Shown in pieces: positions 46,978 to 57,471 of a stretch of 64,000 nucleotides of DNA. The DNA lies in the NCBI GenBank assembly GCA_022822325.1, contig JAJEBW010000021.1, positions 40,280 to 104,279 on the forward strand, read 5' to 3'. Under the pieces are notes generated by a model. That model worked only from the letters and a program-made list of their open reading frames with translations. It did no database searches and was not told the origin of the DNA. The position numbers and the translations under genes are program-made. Each line of letters starts with the position of its first letter. The first letter of the stretch is position 1. Source of the stretch: Gemmatimonadota bacterium. Its GTDB lineage: Bacteria > Gemmatimonadota > Gemmatimonadetes > Longimicrobiales > Gaopeijiaceae.

Positions 46978-47168
46978 CTTCCTGCCGCGTGACGTCAGAG
47001 CCTGGAAGGCCGCGACCGACCTGGGTGGGCCGGGGACTCGTCGGTTGGCCTCTCGCCTCGATGGCCCTCCTCGCGGGTGCCCTCGGGAGATCTGCGGGTG
47101 CGGGTCATGAGGCCCCTGATTGTGGACGCCGACGGAGAACCCTGGAACTGACCGCTGCGCCCGTGCCG

Positions 47169-48341
47169 TTACCGGGCGTCCCGCCACGCCCGCGCCGCCG
47201 CGATCACCCGTCCGATGTCGTTGTCGTCGTTGTAGACGCCGACCGAGAAGCGAAGGGCGCCGCTGCGAATCGCCAGCCGTATTCCCGCCGCCGCGAGATG
47301 ATCGTGCAAGGAATTCATCGCGGGATCGTCGGCGGTGTAGTGCCGGCCGCCGCCGCTCCTGCCAACGCAGACGATGTGGGCCAGGTGGGGACCGGGCGGA
47401 CCGCCGGCAACCGGAAGGCCAAGGTCGCCGAGCGCGTCCGCCAGGGTGGCCGCGAGGCGGCGGAGGTGTCGCTCCACGCGCCCGATTCCCCACTCCTCGA
47501 GCAGAGTCAGCGCCGCGCCCGCCGCCGCCGCGCCCAGATAGTTGTAGTTCCCGACATCGAAGCGAAGCGCGCCCGGACGGTAGCGGAGCGAGCCGACCGT
47601 GTAGGCGGTTTCGTGCGCATCCAGATCGACCCCGAACCGCGCCAGGTGAATCGGCGCCATCCTGTCCGCGACCTCGCGCCGCACATACAAAAAACCGAAG
47701 CCGTACTCGGCCAGGAGACACTTCTGCGTCGCGACCGCCAGGGCGTCGATCCCCAGCTTGCGCACATCGGTCTCCAGCGCCCCGATCGACTGCGCCGCAT
47801 CGACCAGCGTCAGCGCGCCCACCCGCCGCGACGCAGCCGCAATCCCCCTCAGGTCGGTGATGAATCCGGGCGCGAACGAGACGCTGGGAACGGTCACCAG
47901 GCGGGTGCGTTCATCCATGGCCGCGCCCATCGTCCCGACGCAGATGCGACCGTCGACAGGCGCCACCGTTCGCACCTCGATCCCGTGCAGTCTCGCCAGG
48001 TTGTGCCAAAGATAGATGTTGTTGGGATGTTCCACCGCAGGACAGAGCACAACGTTGTCCCCCGCCCTCCAGGGCAGACTCGCGCCGAAGAGATTCAGTC
48101 CCTCGGAGACGTTCTTGACAATCGCGATTTCGTCCGTTCGCGCCCCGATCAGCCGCGCAAAGGACGACCGCGTTCGCTCCACAACGGCTCGCATGGCGTC
48201 CTTGTCGCCGCCGCCCATTCGCATCCGCAGATGGTCCGCGATCGCCGCCCGCACCGGCTCCGCAATGAGCGTTCGCGCCGAAATATCGAGATAGACCTGA
48301 CGCTGCGCCCCGGGGAACAGCGATCGGATTTCCGCGTTCAT
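47169..48341 (-). CDS. Aminotransferase class V-fold PLP-dependent enzyme
   Basis: C-terminal part of track ORF 47169..49013. ATG 48341 (MNAEIRSLFPGAQRQVYLD...) overlaps the upstream transporter stop (ATGA). PLP-Lys region LAVATQKCL. Confidence 0.8.
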   Translation of the reverse strand: MNAEIRSLFPGAQRQVYLDISARTLIAEPVRAAIADHLRMRMGGGDKDAMRAVVERTRSSFARLIGARTDEIAIVKNVSEGLNLFGASLPWRAGDNVVLCPAVEHPNNIYLWHNLARLHGIEVRTVAPVDGRICVGTMGAAMDERTRLVTVPSVSFAPGFITDLRGIAAASRRVGALTLVDAAQSIGALETDVRKLGIDALAVATQKCLLAEYGFGFLYVRREVADRMAPIHLARFGVDLDAHETAYTVGSLRYRPGALRFDVGNYNYLGAAAAGAALTLLEEWGIGRVERHLRRLAATLADALGDLGLPVAGGPPGPHLAHIVCVGRSGGGRHYTADDPAMNSLHDHLAAAGIRLAIRSGALRFSVGVYNDDNDIGRVIAAARAWRDAR

Positions 48342-49600
48342 TCCGACGGTTTCCCTCCATTTGCGTTCCCCCTGTCCGCACGCCGCGTCTCCGAGCGAAC
48401 CACAAGCGCGGTTCCCACCATGTCGCCCATGATGTTCACCGTCGTGTTGCCGATATCGACCAGCCGGTAGATGCCGCCCACGATGGCCGCCACCTCGATC
48501 GGCAGCCCGAACGCCTGCACATGGATGAGCGCGATGACGAATCCCCCGCCGGGAATTCCCCCCGATCCCTCCGACAACAAGAGCCCAAGCAGAAGGATTG
48601 CGACGAAATCGGCGGGCGCGAAGGTCACTCCCGCGGCCTGTGCGGTGAAGATGAAGACCGCGCCCAGCATCGCGGAGGTTCCATCCTTGTTGAGTTGGGC
48701 GCCAAGGGGAAGGGTGAAGGCGTACACGCTGCGGGGAAAGCCAAGTCTTCGCGCCGTCTCCATCCCGACGGTGAGCGACGCCAGGCTGGAAGTTGTGGCC
48801 GCGGTCGTTGCCCACAGCGAACCCGTGCCGCGCAGGAAACGCGCCGGAGAGAAGTCGCCGAAGAAACGCAGCAGCGTCATGTACCCGGCGAAGACGACAA
48901 GTTGCGCGGCCCAGAGACCGCCCAGAAAACGCGCCATCGGCCCGAGCAGCTCGGCTCCGTAGCGCCCCACCGTCACCGCGATGAGAGCGCCGATCCCGAC
49001 TGGCGCCGTCCACAGGATCAGGTGGACGAGACGGCGGAAGAGGCTGGCCAGATCCTCGTAGAGGGTGGCGAGGCGGTCGCGCGCACCGCCCCCGAGCGCC
49101 ATGGTCGCCGCACCGAGAAAGAGCGCCAGGACGACCAGTTGCACCACATTCCCGTCAACGAAGGCGCGAAAGACATTCGTCGGAACCAGACCGAGGAGGA
49201 TTTCGGCGACCGAGGGCGCATCCCCCACCGGCCCCGCCACCGCTTCGGTGAGCTGCATTCCCACACCCGGCGCCAGGAGCGTCGCGGCCCCCATCCCCAG
49301 AGCCAGCGCGACAAGATCCGTCGTCAGGTAGTACCCGACCGTCTTTCCGGCGAGGCGTCCCAGGGTGCGCTTGTCGGCAAGGGCGGTGAGGCCCGCGAGC
49401 AGGTTGAAGAAGACCAGCGGCACGGCCGCCAGCACCAGCAGGGAAATGAAGAGGTCGCCCACCGGCTGCAGCGCGACGACCCGCTCGCCCATGACCGCGC
49501 CCGCCACGATCCCCACCAGCATGCCCGCAAGAATGCGCGTTCCGGGACCGGTGCGGCGCCGACCGTTGCCGCGTTCGGCTTCGGCGGCCGTCGTTGTCAT
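48338..49600 (-). CDS. Dicarboxylate/amino acid:cation symporter (DAACS family)
   Basis: 420 aa. Multiple TM segments. ...GTSAMLGAVFIFTAQA... and ...NIMGDMVGTALV... are typical of GltP/SstT-type carriers. Confidence 0.85.
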   Translation of the reverse strand: MTTTAAEAERGNGRRRTGPGTRILAGMLVGIVAGAVMGERVVALQPVGDLFISLLVLAAVPLVFFNLLAGLTALADKRTLGRLAGKTVGYYLTTDLVALALGMGAATLLAPGVGMQLTEAVAGPVGDAPSVAEILLGLVPTNVFRAFVDGNVVQLVVLALFLGAATMALGGGARDRLATLYEDLASLFRRLVHLILWTAPVGIGALIAVTVGRYGAELLGPMARFLGGLWAAQLVVFAGYMTLLRFFGDFSPARFLRGTGSLWATTAATTSSLASLTVGMETARRLGFPRSVYAFTLPLGAQLNKDGTSAMLGAVFIFTAQAAGVTFAPADFVAILLLGLLLSEGSGGIPGGGFVIALIHVQAFGLPIEVAAIVGGIYRLVDIGNTTVNIMGDMVGTALVVRSETRRADRGNANGGKPSE

Positions 49601-49853
49601 CGCGCGACCGGCCTCACCCTTCCGCCTCTTCCACCCCCATCAGCTCCAGCGCCCGCGCCGGCATCTCGGAGTAGTACGTCCGACGACCGGCCGGTCGGCG
49701 CCCGGGAAGGCCGGCGACCAGCGCAATCGCTTCGCGGCGAATCTGCACTAAGACGTTGTCTCATCCCGACAACTTGCGTCCTGGGCGGAGCACCGGCAAA
49801 CTTCGTGCGGCTTGGCTCCGAACCCGGGGCGCCCCTGAAATCGAGGAGACGAA

Positions 49854-50666
49854 ATGACCCGGACTGTCCGACTCGCCGCGGTCGGAAGCGCGATGCTCTG
49901 CGCGGCCGCCTCCGCCACCGCGCAGTCTCTCGATAGTGCCCATGCGGCCTACGCAGATGGACGTTTCGTCGAGGCGGCCGATACCGCCGAGGCGCTCGGA
50001 ACCTCCGGCGCCTATGCCCTGGCGGCCAAGTCACTCGCGGTCTACGCCCACTATGAAGCGTCCGACGAAGAGTTCGGCGAGGTCGTCGAGCGCGCCATGC
50101 GGATGGGCGAGGCGGCCGTAAGCGCCGATCCGGCCAACCCCGATGCGCACTACCAGTCCGCCCACGCGGTCGGCCGGTATGCTCAACGGGTCGGTGCGTT
50201 CAGGGCGCTTCGCGAAGGACTTGCGGGCAAGATCCGTGATCTGCTTGAAGCGACGATCGCCCTTGATCCCGAGTATGTCGATGCCATCCTTGCCCTCGGC
50301 GGGTGGCACGCGGACATCGCCGCGGAGGGTTTCGTGGCGCGAACGATGTACGGGGGAAGCGAGGAGGAGGCCGTCTTCCTCTTCGAGCGAGCTCTCGCGC
50401 TGGCGCCGGACTCGAAAGTCGTGCTGCACGCATACGCCATTCGGCTACCCCGGCTCGACGAGGAAAATGGAGTCGAACGGGCGCGTGAGATGCTGGAGAG
50501 GGCGTTGAGCATCGTCCCCAGGGACGCCTACGAGGACTACGTTCACCTCGACATTCTGGACGCGGTGGATGAGTTGAACCGCACTCACCCCTCGACGATC
50601 GTCGCGCTCACCACATGGTCCAGCATCGGGAAATCGTCATCCAGGTATGCGTTGCCTTCGGACTGA
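49854..50666 (+). CDS. Secreted all-helical (TPR-like) hypothetical protein
   Basis: 270 aa. Signal peptide ...AASATAQ. Helical Ala/Glu-rich repeats. The 3' end overlaps the convergent PPIase gene by 82 nt, so the true stop and extent are uncertain. Confidence 0.55.
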   Translation: MTRTVRLAAVGSAMLCAAASATAQSLDSAHAAYADGRFVEAADTAEALGTSGAYALAAKSLAVYAHYEASDEEFGEVVERAMRMGEAAVSADPANPDAHYQSAHAVGRYAQRVGAFRALREGLAGKIRDLLEATIALDPEYVDAILALGGWHADIAAEGFVARTMYGGSEEEAVFLFERALALAPDSKVVLHAYAIRLPRLDEENGVERAREMLERALSIVPRDAYEDYVHLDILDAVDELNRTHPSTIVALTTWSSIGKSSSRYALPSD

Positions 50667-51259
50667 ATCTGTCCCTGGCTGGGGCCGTTCCCGCCCGGCG
50701 CGCCCTCTCCGTACCCGGAGTGGATCTGGTCGACCACCTCCATCCCCTCGATCACCTGCCCGAAGGGCGAGAACCCCATCCCGTCCAGCCGGCTGTTGTC
50801 GACGAAGTTGATGAAGAGTTGGGTCGTGCGGGTGTTGGGTCCGCCCATGGCGTAGCTTACGAAGCCGCGGGCGTTGCTCTGCATGACGGGATCGTCGGGG
50901 ATCTGCGCACCGCGCCAGGCGGCCGCGACCTCCGGATTGCCGTGGATGCCGAACTGGGCCATGAAGCCCTCGATGACGCGGAAGAAGCGCACGTCGTCGT
51001 AGAAGCCGTTCGACACCAGGTTGTAGAAGCGGTCGGCGCCGTTGGGCGACCAGTCGCGGTGGACCTCGATGACGAAGTCGCCCTTGCTGGTCTCGAAGCG
51101 GGCCTGGAAGATGTCGGGGGCGGTGGCTGCGAGCGCGTCGGGTGTGAGAAGCATGGGATTGAATTCGGGCCCGGATTCGCAGGCCGTGAGGATGAAGGTG
51201 GCCGCGAGGGCGAGGGCGGTGGCGGGGAAGGGGGCAGGGGTGCGATGGCGATCGATCAT
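50585..51259 (-). CDS. Cyclophilin-type peptidyl-prolyl cis-trans isomerase (lipoprotein)
   Basis: Track ORF 50585..51799, start at ATG 51259 (MIDRHRT..., lipobox LTAC). Motifs [13 protein letters not shown]-like ([13 protein letters not shown]), [17 protein letters not shown]. Confidence 0.9.
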   Translation of the reverse strand: MIDRHRTPAPFPATALALAATFILTACESGPEFNPMLLTPDALAATAPDIFQARFETSKGDFVIEVHRDWSPNGADRFYNLVSNGFYDDVRFFRVIEGFMAQFGIHGNPEVAAAWRGAQIPDDPVMQSNARGFVSYAMGGPNTRTTQLFINFVDNSRLDGMGFSPFGQVIEGMEVVDQIHSGYGEGAPGGNGPSQGQIQSEGNAYLDDDFPMLDHVVSATIVEG

Positions 51260-51704
51260 GGGAAGCTCAGGCGAAGGTGGACTCCGTGGGCGCCGAAGTG
51301 CCCGAATGCCCTCACAATGTAGCGATCCGGCCGAAAACCGCGAACCAAAGCGGGATTTTTGGGAGGCCGCGCGACCAGCGAACTCAACGATGCACCTGCG
51401 TCGGGAGCCGGGCGGACCGGCCATACGGCTCAGGCGGACCGGCCACCCCTTCCGGCGGACGAACCATCCCGCCGGCAAACGGAAGCCCTCGACATTCGGG
51501 CAACCCTTTTCCGAGGCCGCGCGCTCCAACCACAGTCCCTTGGACCTCATTCCCTCCGGGCAACGATCCAGTCCCCACTCCCGTCTTCCGATCCCTGATT
51601 CGTCGCGTCCCTCCCATCCTGATCGTCGCTGGACATCGGGCCGCCGTTCCTTCCCCATTCGCCATGAATTCGGCTCTTGCCGCCCCGACCCCAAGGAGTT
51701 TCCC

Positions 51705-53018
51705 ATGAAGCGCCGCCGTCTCCCCCTCCTCGCCGCCTTCGCCCTCGCGCTCGCGGCCATCCCCGCCTGCCTGGCCCCCACCGACTCCGATCCGGCCACC
51801 GACCGCCCCCTCGATCCCGACTTCGAGGAGCTCTACCGCGTCGGGGTCATGGAAGGCGAGTCCTGGGAAATGCTGGGGCGCGTGGCCCGCGTCGCCTTCG
51901 ACCAGCGCGGCCGTCTCTACGTCTTCGACACCACCGGCGGCTTCCTCTCCTCGGGGCTGCGCGTTCTGGTGTTCGACGACTCCGGCGGCTTCCTGCACGA
52001 GTTCGGCGAGAGCGGCGAGGGTCCCGGCGAGTTCAACCGGCCGAGCCAAACGTTGGTCATGCGGGATGGAACGGTGGTGGTCGGCGATGTGGGCGCGCGC
52101 GGCTATCACATCTTCGATCCGGAGGGCAACTTCGTGCGGACGGTGCTGAACGATTCCGGCGGGACCGAAGGAAACACGAGAACGACGACGGTGAGCTCCA
52201 CGGACCTTCTTCCCGATCCGGCGGGCGGCGCCTTCTGGTCCGTTGCGACGGGGATCAGCATGGGCGGCGGCAGGGAGACTCCCACCTCGCGGCCGATTAC
52301 CCGCAACCTCCTGGGGGGCGAGGTGCTTGCCACCGAAGATGTGGTGGAGGGATGGATGCCCCCGCGCGAATCCGGTAGCGGGGTGTCGGTGTCGGGGGCG
52401 CCCGCCGACCTCGCGGCCATGCTTTCGGGGATGTCGCGCCCTGCGAACCTGGAGCCGCGGTTGCTCATGGGCGTGCTCCCCGACGGCAACCTGATCTATT
52501 CCGATTCCTCCGCCTATGTGCTGAAGGTCGCGTCGGCGGAAACGGGCGAGGTTCTGCGCCGGATCGGGCGGCCGATCCATCCGCTCCCGGTGACCGAAGC
52601 GGTGGAGGAGGAGTATGGCGCGCAGCGGGCCGAACGACGCGCGGGCGGCACCGGCGTCCCGTCCGGTGGCATGGTCGTGGCCGGAATGTCGGCGAGTTCG
52701 GGGGCGAACGCGCCACCGGGCCAGCAGATGTCCTTCGCGATCCCCGATCCGCCCTTCTACCCCGAGATTCCGGTGTTGCGCGAGCTCTTCGCCACCTGGG
52801 ACGGACGGATCTGGACGATACGCCAGGGCGACGATTTCTTCGGCGACGGCCCCATCGACGTGCTGACCGCAGAGGGCGACTACATCGGCACCTACCCGGT
52901 CGGCGAGACCCCGATGCCCGACGCCTTCGGACCCGGTGGACTGGCGGCGTTCATCGAGTTGGACGAATATGACGTGGCCAGCGTCGTGGTCCGGAGGTTG
53001 CCCGAATCCGTTCGTTGA
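51705..53018 (+). CDS. 6-bladed beta-propeller (NHL-like) lipoprotein, paralogue of 7833..9059
   Basis: Track ORF 51042..53018, start at ATG 51705 ([22 protein letters not shown]). Contains the [10 protein letters not shown] motif. Confidence 0.7.
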   Translation: MKRRRLPLLAAFALALAAIPACLAPTDSDPATDRPLDPDFEELYRVGVMEGESWEMLGRVARVAFDQRGRLYVFDTTGGFLSSGLRVLVFDDSGGFLHEFGESGEGPGEFNRPSQTLVMRDGTVVVGDVGARGYHIFDPEGNFVRTVLNDSGGTEGNTRTTTVSSTDLLPDPAGGAFWSVATGISMGGGRETPTSRPITRNLLGGEVLATEDVVEGWMPPRESGSGVSVSGAPADLAAMLSGMSRPANLEPRLLMGVLPDGNLIYSDSSAYVLKVASAETGEVLRRIGRPIHPLPVTEAVEEEYGAQRAERRAGGTGVPSGGMVVAGMSASSGANAPPGQQMSFAIPDPPFYPEIPVLRELFATWDGRIWTIRQGDDFFGDGPIDVLTAEGDYIGTYPVGETPMPDAFGPGGLAAFIELDEYDVASVVVRRLPESVR

Positions 53019-53181
53019 GGACGGCGGGTTCCATCGGCCCGGCGGTCTCGCCCCTTGCGGTCCGCCGATTCGTGACGGATCGCCCGGGCGCGGGAAAAGA
53101 CGGCGTCCCCCGGAACTCCGCGCGCGCTGGCCGGCCCCCGCCGTCCCCCTGCAACCGCACCACACCGCCCGGAGAAATGAC

Positions 53182-54447
53182 ATGCCGCGCACCGCGCCCC
53201 GAATTTCCACCCTCTTCCCCCTCCTCCTTATCATCCTGGCCACGGCGTCGAGCCTTCTTGCCCCGGGAATCCCGCTCCCGGGAACCGGTCTCGCCGCCCA
53301 GGACTACTTTCCCGGCCGACACCCCGACTGGGAGCGCCGCACGCCCGAGGAAGCGGGATTCGACCCGGCCGGGATCCAGCGCGCCATCGAGCTCGCGATC
53401 GCCGGAGAATCGCAGTCCCCCCGCGACCTCGCCTTCAACCACCTGGGCACCTTCGGACGCGAGCCGCTGGGCGACGCGGTTGGGCCCTTCACCGTGCGCG
53501 GGCCGCAGACGGGATTGATCGTCCACAAGGGCTATATCGTTGCGGAGTGGGGAGATCCGGCGAAGGCCGACAACACCTTCAGCGTGTCGAAGAGCTTCCT
53601 GTCCACAACGGTCGGGCTGGCCTGGGACCGCGGGCTGATTGGCAGCGTCGACGACCTTGTGCGCGCCTACATGCCGCCGATCATCCTGGGCGATGGCGAC
53701 GGCGAACCGGGCGACGAGAACGGGCGGCGGCCGAAGCTGCTCTTCGAGTCCGAGCACAATCGCGGAATCACCTGGAACCATCTGCTGCGCCAGACAAGCG
53801 ACTGGGAGGGAACGCTTTGGGGCAAGCCGGAGTGGGCCGACCGGCCGGACCAGGACCGCTCCACCTGGGGGACGCGCGCGCGCAACGCACCCGGCACCGC
53901 GTACGAATACAACGACACGCGGGTGAATCTCCTGGCGCTGGCGGCAACGGCGGTGTGGCGACGGGCGCTGCCGGAGGTTCTGCGCGAACATGTGATGGAT
54001 CCGATCGGCGCCTCCACGACCTGGGGCTGGCACGGATACGACAACTCCTGGGTGATCCTGGATGGACGCGAGGTGCAGGCGGTCAGCGGCGGTGCGCATT
54101 GGGGCGGCGGCATGATTCTGAATGCCTACGACCAGGCGCGCTTCGGTCTCTTCACCATGCACAAGGGCAAGTGGGATGGACAACAACTTGTGTCGGAAGA
54201 ATGGATCGACATGGCCACGACGCCCGGCATGGTCAACCGCGGCTACGGCTTCATGAACTTCTCGCTCAACACCGGACAGAGACGCTACGGGGAGGCGCCG
54301 GAGTACACCTGGACGCACACGGGTGCGGGGTCGAATCTGATCTATGTCGATCCAGAGAACGAGCTGGTGATCGTCTGCCGCTGGATTCAGGGCGGGGCCT
54401 TTACGGATGTTGTGCATGCGGTGCTGGGGGCGATGGAGGAGCGTTAG
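53182..54447 (+). CDS. Serine hydrolase, beta-lactamase fold
   Basis: Track ORF 52936..54447, start at ATG 53182 (MPRTAPRISTLFPLLLIILA...). SxxK motif FSVSKSF. Confidence 0.8.
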   Translation: MPRTAPRISTLFPLLLIILATASSLLAPGIPLPGTGLAAQDYFPGRHPDWERRTPEEAGFDPAGIQRAIELAIAGESQSPRDLAFNHLGTFGREPLGDAVGPFTVRGPQTGLIVHKGYIVAEWGDPAKADNTFSVSKSFLSTTVGLAWDRGLIGSVDDLVRAYMPPIILGDGDGEPGDENGRRPKLLFESEHNRGITWNHLLRQTSDWEGTLWGKPEWADRPDQDRSTWGTRARNAPGTAYEYNDTRVNLLALAATAVWRRALPEVLREHVMDPIGASTTWGWHGYDNSWVILDGREVQAVSGGAHWGGGMILNAYDQARFGLFTMHKGKWDGQQLVSEEWIDMATTPGMVNRGYGFMNFSLNTGQRRYGEAPEYTWTHTGAGSNLIYVDPENELVIVCRWIQGGAFTDVVHAVLGAMEER

Positions 54448-54450
54448 GCC

Positions 54451-54557
54451 AAAGTTTTCGCGCCAACGATGTTTCTCGCGCCAAAGCGGTTTCTTGCGCC
54501 AACCATGCTTCTCCCGCCAACAACATTTCTCGCGCCGAGCGGTTTCTTGTGCGCCGG
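54451..54557. repeat. Six tandem ~18-bp units (consensus nnnnGTTTCTcGCGCCAA; individual units 16-19 bp) starting 4 nt after the hydrolase stop
   Basis: Units: aaagttttcgcgccaa / cgatgtttctcgcgccaa / agcggtttcttgcgccaa / ccatgcttctcccgccaa / caacatttctcgcgccga / gcggtttcttgtgcgccgg. They are contiguous with no spacers. Confidence 0.85.
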
Positions 54558-54784
54558 GACGGACAACGTTCGCGGACGGAAGCCCGCCTGACGATTCACG
54601 GGCAGACGACGAGGATCGGGGGTTGCGCGCGCGCCCTTTTCGTCCGGCGCCGTCTTTGGGCCGGCCCGCGCAGGGGCCGGGTTGGGGGCTGCGCGACATC
54701 TCGCAGGCCAGAAGGTCCGGGGGCGAGCCTGACCGCTCTTCCCTGGCGCCACGCGGCTGCGTTGCGCGGATGCCGAAAGGCTCG

Positions 54785-55789
54785 CTAGGCGTTCCTTCCA
54801 ACCCGCAGCGCCACCCCGGTCGGCGTGCGCACAATTGCGGGCCGCACCCGTCTGACGGGGCGATTGCGGTAGTGCGCGAGCAGCGTCTCGACGGTCGCGA
54901 AGCCGCATAGATCTTCCAGTGTGCGGATCGTGGGGAAGATCATGGGGAGGTGGCCGCAACGGTGGCGGGCGAGGGCGGCGGGGGGGGTGAGCCACACGGA
55001 ATCGGTCATCTCGCGCTCGTCGTGGATGGCGCGCGCGCGGCGCGGAACCCTTGCGGCAAAGAAGCGGGTGTCGTATCTGCGGGGCTCGACGACCGGCGTG
55101 ACCCAGTGGGCGATGTACTCGATGGCGGGGCCGTGCAGGCGGGCGTCCAGCTCTTCCAGCACCCGGGAGAAGGAGACGCCTCGCATAAGGTTCTCGCGGG
55201 CATCGCGCAAGTCCTCGTCGGTGACCTCGCCTCCCACCCTCACCCCCGGCCACAACCCCGTTTCCTCCGCCGCTTCGCGGATCGCGGCCGCGTAGTAGGC
55301 GATCGCCGGAGGGTCGGCGTCAGCGGCCAGCCCGAGCCGCGCGGTTGCCCCGGCCGCCGTCAGCGAATCCCACCGCCGCGCCAGCTTCTCGTCCCCATCG
55401 GCGCGGTCCACCCGCCCACCCGGAAAGACATAGGCCCCCGGCACGAACCCGGTCGCGCGGTTGCGCCGGAGAAGGAGAACCTCGGGGCCGTCATCGCCCT
55501 CGCGCATGACGACCACCGTCGCCGCGGCCACCGCCACCGCCGGCCTCTTCGGCGGGGCCTCCAGCGTATCGACGAACCCGGGAGGCAGCCGCTCGGCGGG
55601 GATTTCGTAGTCGGCTTCGCCCTCCGCGCCCGTCTCCGCATCCCGGGCCGGATCCGCCCTTCGCTTCCCGCTCACCGCCTCTTCGACTTCACCGGCCGCG
55701 CGCCTCCAATCGGTCGCATCCCGCGGCCCGCCCGCCCTCAGTTCCCCGCGGCATGCCCATCCTTCCTCGGCTCGGACGCCGCCGCCCAA
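54785..55789 (-). CDS. NUDIX hydrolase
   Basis: 334-aa track ORF. Nudix box GGRVD...AAIREAAEETGL. Start uncertain: ATG 55789 overlaps the GGT 3' end by 52 nt, and an alternative GTG is at 55675. Confidence 0.75.
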   Translation of the reverse strand: MGGGVRAEEGWACRGELRAGGPRDATDWRRAAGEVEEAVSGKRRADPARDAETGAEGEADYEIPAERLPPGFVDTLEAPPKRPAVAVAAATVVVMREGDDGPEVLLLRRNRATGFVPGAYVFPGGRVDRADGDEKLARRWDSLTAAGATARLGLAADADPPAIAYYAAAIREAAEETGLWPGVRVGGEVTDEDLRDARENLMRGVSFSRVLEELDARLHGPAIEYIAHWVTPVVEPRRYDTRFFAARVPRRARAIHDEREMTDSVWLTPPAALARHRCGHLPMIFPTIRTLEDLCGFATVETLLAHYRNRPVRRVRPAIVRTPTGVALRVGRNA

Positions 55790-57390
55790 CCCTTCTCCAG
55801 TCGCACAATCACCTGTGCGCCCCCGAAATCGGTGCGTTGCCAGTCGGCCAGCTCATGGCCGCGCGCCTCCAGATCGGCCGCCACCGCATCGCCGATCCTC
55901 TCGATCGCCACCCGCCTTCCCGAAAGGTGCCGGAAGCGCGCCGCGTCGACCGCCTCCTGCGGGTCCATTCCGAAGACGAGCATGTTGAGGAGAAGCTGCG
56001 TGTGGCCCTGCGGCTGCATCGAACCGCCCATCAGCCCGAAGGCCATCAGCGGCTCGCCCGCCTGCGTGACGAAGCCCGGAATGATCGTGTGGAAGGGACG
56101 CTTGCGCGGCGCGACCTGGTTGGGATGACCATCGTCAATGACGAAGCCGGCGCCCCGGTTCTGCAGGGCGAAGCCGAGTCCGGGAACCACGATCCCCGAA
56201 CCGAAGGACGAATAGACCGAGTTGATGAAGGAGACCATGTTCCCCTCCGCGTCGGCGACGGTCAGGTAGATGGTTTCGGAGTCGGTGATGGCGCGCCCCG
56301 GACCCACGCGGTCGGCGGCCGCATTCGGATCGATCAGCGCCCGGCGCGCATCGATGTAGGCGGGACCGAGGAGCGATTCGGGGTCGATCTCCATGGTCTC
56401 GGGGTCGGAGACGTAGCGGTGCAGATCGGCGAAGGCGAGCTTCTTGGCCTCGATCAGGTGGTGAAGATAGTCGGCGGAGTTGTGGCCCATTCCCTCCAGG
56501 TCGAAGGGTTCGAGCAGTTCGAGCATCTCCAGCGCGGCAATCCCCTGACCCGCCGGCGGCAGCTCCCAGACGGTGTAGCCGCGGAAGTCGGTGCTGAGCG
56601 GTTCCACCCAGCGCGGCTCGTGCGCGGCCAGGTCTTCGAGGGTGACGAAACCGCCCAGCTCGGCCAGCCCTTCCACCAGCTCGCGCCCCAGACGACCGCC
56701 GTACAGCGCGCCCGGCCCCTCGTCGGCAATCATCGAGAAGGAGCGCGCCAACCCCGGATTCGTGAACCATTCGCCGGCCCGGGGCGCTCTCTCGCCATCG
56801 ATCAGGTAGGTCTCGCGGGCTCCCCGGTCGCGGGACAGCTTCTCGGCGGCGCCCGCCCACTGCCGCGCAATCACCGGCGTTACCGGAAACCCGTCGCGCG
56901 CGATGCGGATGGCCGGTTGCAGCGCGTCCCCCAGCGTCAGCCTGCCGAAGCGATCGACCAGCGCATGCCACCCGGAAATCGCGCCCGGCACCGTCACCAC
57001 CTCCGCCCCGCTCCCCGGCACCCGTTCATGGCCTCGTTCCCGCAGCGCCTCCGCGGTCATGCCGCTCCCGCTGCGGCCGCTCGCGTCGATTCCGTAGAGG
57101 TCGCGCGTCTCGTTCCACCAGACGATCGCGAAGGCGTCACCGCCCATCCCGGTCATGTGCGGTTCGGTGACATTCAGCACGGCGGCCGCGGCGACCGCGC
57201 CATCGATCGCGTTTCCGCCCCGCTGCATGACCTCGAGGGCGGCGGCGGTGGCGAGCGGCTGGCTCGTCGCGGCGACGTTGCGGGGCGCATAAACGGTCGA
57301 GCGGCGCCCCATGTCCGGGTTCTGGGCGTGGAGATTCATGGGAAGGAGCGACGAGGCGGCGGCGAGCAGGAGGAGTGCACGGGACGACAT
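55738..57390 (-). CDS. ggt: Gamma-glutamyltransferase
   Basis: Track ORF 55738..57813, start at ATG 57390 (MSSRALLLLAAASSLLPMNLHAQ). Autoprocessing region ...DSE-T-IYLTVADAEGNMVSF and GLMGGSMQPQGH. Confidence 0.9.
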   Translation of the reverse strand: MSSRALLLLAAASSLLPMNLHAQNPDMGRRSTVYAPRNVAATSQPLATAAALEVMQRGGNAIDGAVAAAAVLNVTEPHMTGMGGDAFAIVWWNETRDLYGIDASGRSGSGMTAEALRERGHERVPGSGAEVVTVPGAISGWHALVDRFGRLTLGDALQPAIRIARDGFPVTPVIARQWAGAAEKLSRDRGARETYLIDGERAPRAGEWFTNPGLARSFSMIADEGPGALYGGRLGRELVEGLAELGGFVTLEDLAAHEPRWVEPLSTDFRGYTVWELPPAGQGIAALEMLELLEPFDLEGMGHNSADYLHHLIEAKKLAFADLHRYVSDPETMEIDPESLLGPAYIDARRALIDPNAAADRVGPGRAITDSETIYLTVADAEGNMVSFINSVYSSFGSGIVVPGLGFALQNRGAGFVIDDGHPNQVAPRKRPFHTIIPGFVTQAGEPLMAFGLMGGSMQPQGHTQLLLNMLVFGMDPQEAVDAARFRHLSGRRVAIERIGDAVAADLEARGHELADWQRTDFGGAQVIVRLEKGWAAASEPRKDGHAAGN

Positions 57391-57431
57391 GGCATGGTCC
57401 TTGGGAGCGGTTTTTCCAGATAAGGCTGAAC

Positions 57432-57471
57432 GGCGTTCGGAGGAACAAGCTGGCGTTCGGAGAAACAAGCT
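57432..57471. repeat. Tandem 20-bp repeat x2 (ggcgttcggag[g/a]aacaagct)
   Basis: 19/20 identical. The reverse complement reads agcttgtttctccgaacgcc and shares cttgtttc(t)cc..aa with the 9300 and 54451 arrays. Confidence 0.8.

Noticed and set aside
46959-48470. 503-aa ORF starting at the SD-ATG of the second repeat copy
   Set aside because: It runs antisense across the class V aminotransferase and the DAACS transporter 3' end. Its similarity to the copy-1 small ORF ends after about 6 codons. It is treated as a relic start, not a gene.
49614-49738. About 41-codon ORF (GTG start; VQIRREAIALVAGLPGRRP...MGVEEAEG) just upstream of the DAACS transporter on the minus strand
   Set aside because: No recognisable family and a weak start context. 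It cannot be distinguished from chance in high-GC sequence without expression or conservation data.
50585-50666. 82-nt overlap of the convergent TPR-like and cyclophilin genes as a possible antisense regulatory arrangement
   Set aside because: More probably the TPR-like ORF is read past its functional end, since its last roughly 25 residues look non-native. There is no independent evidence of function.
54451-54557. Possible CRISPR array, or a coding hexapeptide repeat (FSRQ.. on the + strand, WREK.. on the - strand)
   Set aside because: The units are contiguous with no unique spacers and are only about 18 bp, so this is not a CRISPR. The repeat-spanning ORFs have no start context, signal or homologous flanks, and they overlap real gene ends.
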